DNA of 64,000 bases, from NCBI RefSeq assembly GCF_006345805.1, contig NC_042998.1:143964001-144028000 (forward strand). Reading direction: 5' to 3'. Shown piece after piece: positions 24,245 to 64,000 of this stretch (its first letter is position 1; each line of letters starts with the position of its first letter). The stretch comes from Octopus sinensis (lineage: Eukaryota). Under the pieces are notes generated by a model. It did no database searches, was not told the DNA's origin, and worked only from the letters and a program-made list of their open reading frames with translations. The translations under genes were made by a program, and so were the position numbers.

Positions 24245-26188
24245 AGAATAAACTGATGCAGTTTTTAATAATTCGTTTTATAAAATATCAAAGATAAAAA
24301 GCCAAGAGCCACTGAGTGAAGGTAAATCTTCTGTAAGAAGCCAGCTGTCCAACTCACCTATGTCGGGACGATACTGTCTTGAATATTATTTTATTTTATT
24401 TGTTGTCTTGCAGACTTTGTGCTATGGCAATGTTATGTTACATCATGACTTGGGAGGAGGAGGAGGAGGATAGAAAATAAAGTTGGTTGTTTTGCAAAAA
24501 GATTGATAAATTAAAAAAGAAAAAAAAGGCAGGGAAAAAATCTCACCTCGAACAATAAAAGGTTGGTGTATGTATTAATTTGGGAATATATATATATTTA
24601 TATACATACGAGTACAATAACACATTAAAGTGGGTGTGTTGTGTATGTGTGAATTTCCGACCAATGTCTGTGGTTAGGTTGTAAAAGAGAGAGAGAGAGA
24701 AGAAAAGATGGGATGGTGGTGAGTGCGCACATACACAAAGACTTAAGGAATTTTAAAAAAAAGGGGGGTGGAAGGGGGAGCAAAACAACCAACTGAAGAT
24801 TAAAATTGAAAAAGATAAAAAGAATACATTAAAAAAAATCAGTTCATACACATCTATTTCACAATCATTTATTTTTTATCATCCAATTTGGGTTTTTGAA
24901 AACAAATATCTTAATATTTTCATAAATGATATTTTGACTTGGCTATATATAGCAAAGGTGCTAATATACACTGGCACATACACTAGATGTGTACGAGTTT
25001 GTTTCTGTACAAATTTTCAATATAATTTCATACATTAATCATTTGTTTGCTGTTTCCTTTTAATATCATGGGAGATAACTCTAAAATTACTGTTCACAAT
25101 TGACATGATAACAATGTCAGCTTATTTTTCCCGCCACCCACCCCAATAAGTTGAAAAGAAAGGAAAAAGAGAAAAAAGACTAGAAGATTGGCTTAACCAA
25201 ACTGAAAAGGGCAAACTGTTGCTTTGCCAGTGGATTAAAGAAAAAAAGCCACTGCAATATAAGAATAGAGGATTCCAGGATATAGATAATATCTGTGACT
25301 ATAGAAGCTTGTGATGTGTTTGTGTCTATATATATATATATAAATATATATAAAGGAGGATTTATTATAGTTTTCTACAGAAGACACAACAGATCCCAGT
25401 TTTAACATAGAAGAGTCGTAGTCAGTGAAGGTGGTAGAGAAGAATTAGCATATATCATTATAAAAAAATATAAAAGATCAAGGAATATAAAAGGGTAATA
25501 ACAGTTTGTGGTGTTGTTTTACTTGTAAAAAACAAAAAATAAATAAATGGAATTATTGAGGCAAACCAAAACGTGCCATAAGAGAATTAATTAGTGTGGA
25601 AGAAGAGAGAAGTTGAGAGGCGGGATTAAACAAAATTATATTGAAGAAGGAAAGTTTTACTTCAAAATCTGTCATTGCTGTCGCTTTTTGTATTTTTTTA
25701 ATAAAAATTGTTTAGAATATTTCTCACATTGTATAATAACAGCTCTGTGCATCCTTCTGGTCCATTATTTGGCCAGATCCTTTAACTTAAAAAGTACTTC
25801 AACATAGATGCACTTCTTACAAAGGGTGCAGCCTACAGTCGTATCATCGGAGCTGACACTTGAATATAGTGACCTGAAAAAATGGTGTAATATAAATTAC
25901 TCCACCAACAGGATACATTCTTGGGCTTTAAGAAGCGTGAGACCCAGACATTGGGCTGTAAAAGTAGTAAGATTGGTCATTAGGTGCACAGTAGCAACCA
26001 TTTAAGTGAAGAGGGGAGGGGTTAAAATAGAGGTGCTGTTGACAAAAAGAAAACATCTTCATTTTCATTACCACTAATTATTACCAATAATTAATTTCTA
26101 TTGTGGTAAGAGATGATTTTGATAATTCTGTAAATGACAGAATAGTGATGCATTCAGAAGACTAAAAATAAGACAAATTGAGTTCTGC

Positions 26189-26219
<31 letters not shown>

Positions 26220-26449
26220 TATTATTATTATTATTATTATATATACAACTATAAGAGAGAGAAATAGGCAGAGAGGTGAGGATAGAAGGAATCACAGATT
26301 TTGCTGAATGAAAAAAAAAAAAATTTCAGAATGAAAAAAAGTTTTTTTCAAAGTGTTGTAACTGTCCAGCAGATGCCTGTTTTGGGCAATATAGAAATAA
26401 TAATTGTAGTAGTGACAAATTTATTGTTAATTATGATGGTGGAAAGCTT
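24245..26449 (-). other. Putative ~2.2 kb NEDD4 3'UTR
   Basis: Transposon-free, U-rich (minus strand) sequence directly after the stop; ATTAAA at 24264-24269 followed by a U/GU-rich tract; the end point is uncertain. Confidence 0.55.
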
Positions 26450-63004
<36,555 letters not shown>

Positions 63005-64000
63005 CTAAAACATAGAAATATATACAAGAAAATCAATAAAAGCCAATACATAAATATCACAACTATTCCTTAACAAGCCTAAATTCTCTTTAAAATTAAT
63101 TTATTTGTTTTGCACTGTAATAGCTCTTGTAGACTTCCGTCTCTCCCCATCTATAAGTTACAACTGTAGCCTCACCTAAGCTAGCCATCACCAACTATTC
63201 CTACTCCTATTCAAACAAAGCTGAGGAAGCCTTTATGCAGTCACTCAACCTAAAAACAACCAAATACCCTTATATAGCATTCTTAAATAAGGAAGGATAC
63301 ATTGGATAGTGTATTCCTAGATATACTATGCCTAAAAAAGATCATAAATTTATTCGATTAGGGCTGACCTGCAGCTAAGCAACTGCAATTATCTAGTTTT
63401 AGCAACTTTTCTTCTATTTAGAGCAACACTTGTCTTTTCAGTAAAAACATTTCTGAAGTGTCACTGCTTTTATCACTCCCCATGCATTATTATCTTTGAT
63501 AGCATTATGCTGCCTTCTACCCTTATGGTTAATGCTCAAGGATAGGAGAAAGTAAAGATGAAGTGAAGAGTCAAGGAGAAGCAGATGAAGAAAGGTTTGG
63601 GAATCATTGTCCTAGAATCTAAAACTCCATAGTTGTCACTCCCACACATGTATGATCTAGCAGTATGTACCATGCTTTTGCTAATTGGTTTCTTAGGTGC
63701 CCGTGTAGTCTTGAGCAGACATAGACACCCTCTAAACTATTCCTATCTTCATCCCAGAGAAACATCAAGGATGTGGCACCTGAAGAAAGAGAGAGCTGCA
63801 CCAGCATTAGGCTGGTAGTCTTTCATAGCTGAGTAAACTGGAGCAACATGAACTGAAGCACATTTCATGAATCACAACTACCCATAGGATCAGTCCTTCA
63901 TATAGATTTCCAGTGCTAAATGGAGATGAGTTAATCATTCTATGTAAAACACTACTCCATCATAGCTAACTTTCTCAAAACTCCTGACACCTATACCTCA

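Overview
Eukaryotic, AT-rich, repeat-dense genomic DNA. The repeat families point to a coleoid cephalopod, most likely Octopus (inference). The main host feature is the 3' part of a NEDD4/NEDD4L-type HECT E3 ubiquitin ligase gene on the minus strand. I traced 16 GT-AG coding exons (63004 down to the stop at 26450; 1533 nt, 510 aa) covering two WW domains and the complete HECT domain; the 5' exons lie beyond the window end, and a repeat-free putative 3'UTR of about 2.2 kb follows. The rest is transposon-derived: a nearly intact CR1-type LINE in an intron, 5'-truncated RTE LINEs (with a PHD finger inside the RT), Penelope GIY-YIG fragments, decayed mariners, non-autonomous Helitrons, piggyBac- and Tc1-like MITEs, a ~350-bp foldback, tRNA-derived SINEs and microsatellites. 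The best leads are (1) a G_GGA_AAC slippery site that would fuse CR1 ORF1 to an ATG-less ORF2 by -1 frameshifting, (2) a highly structured, TSD-flanked RTE-derived non-coding element, (3) the PHD-in-RT RTE family with its modular 3' RNA repeats, and (4) a CpG-decay gradient consistent with gene-body methylation. There is no prokaryotic-type system or CRISPR array.
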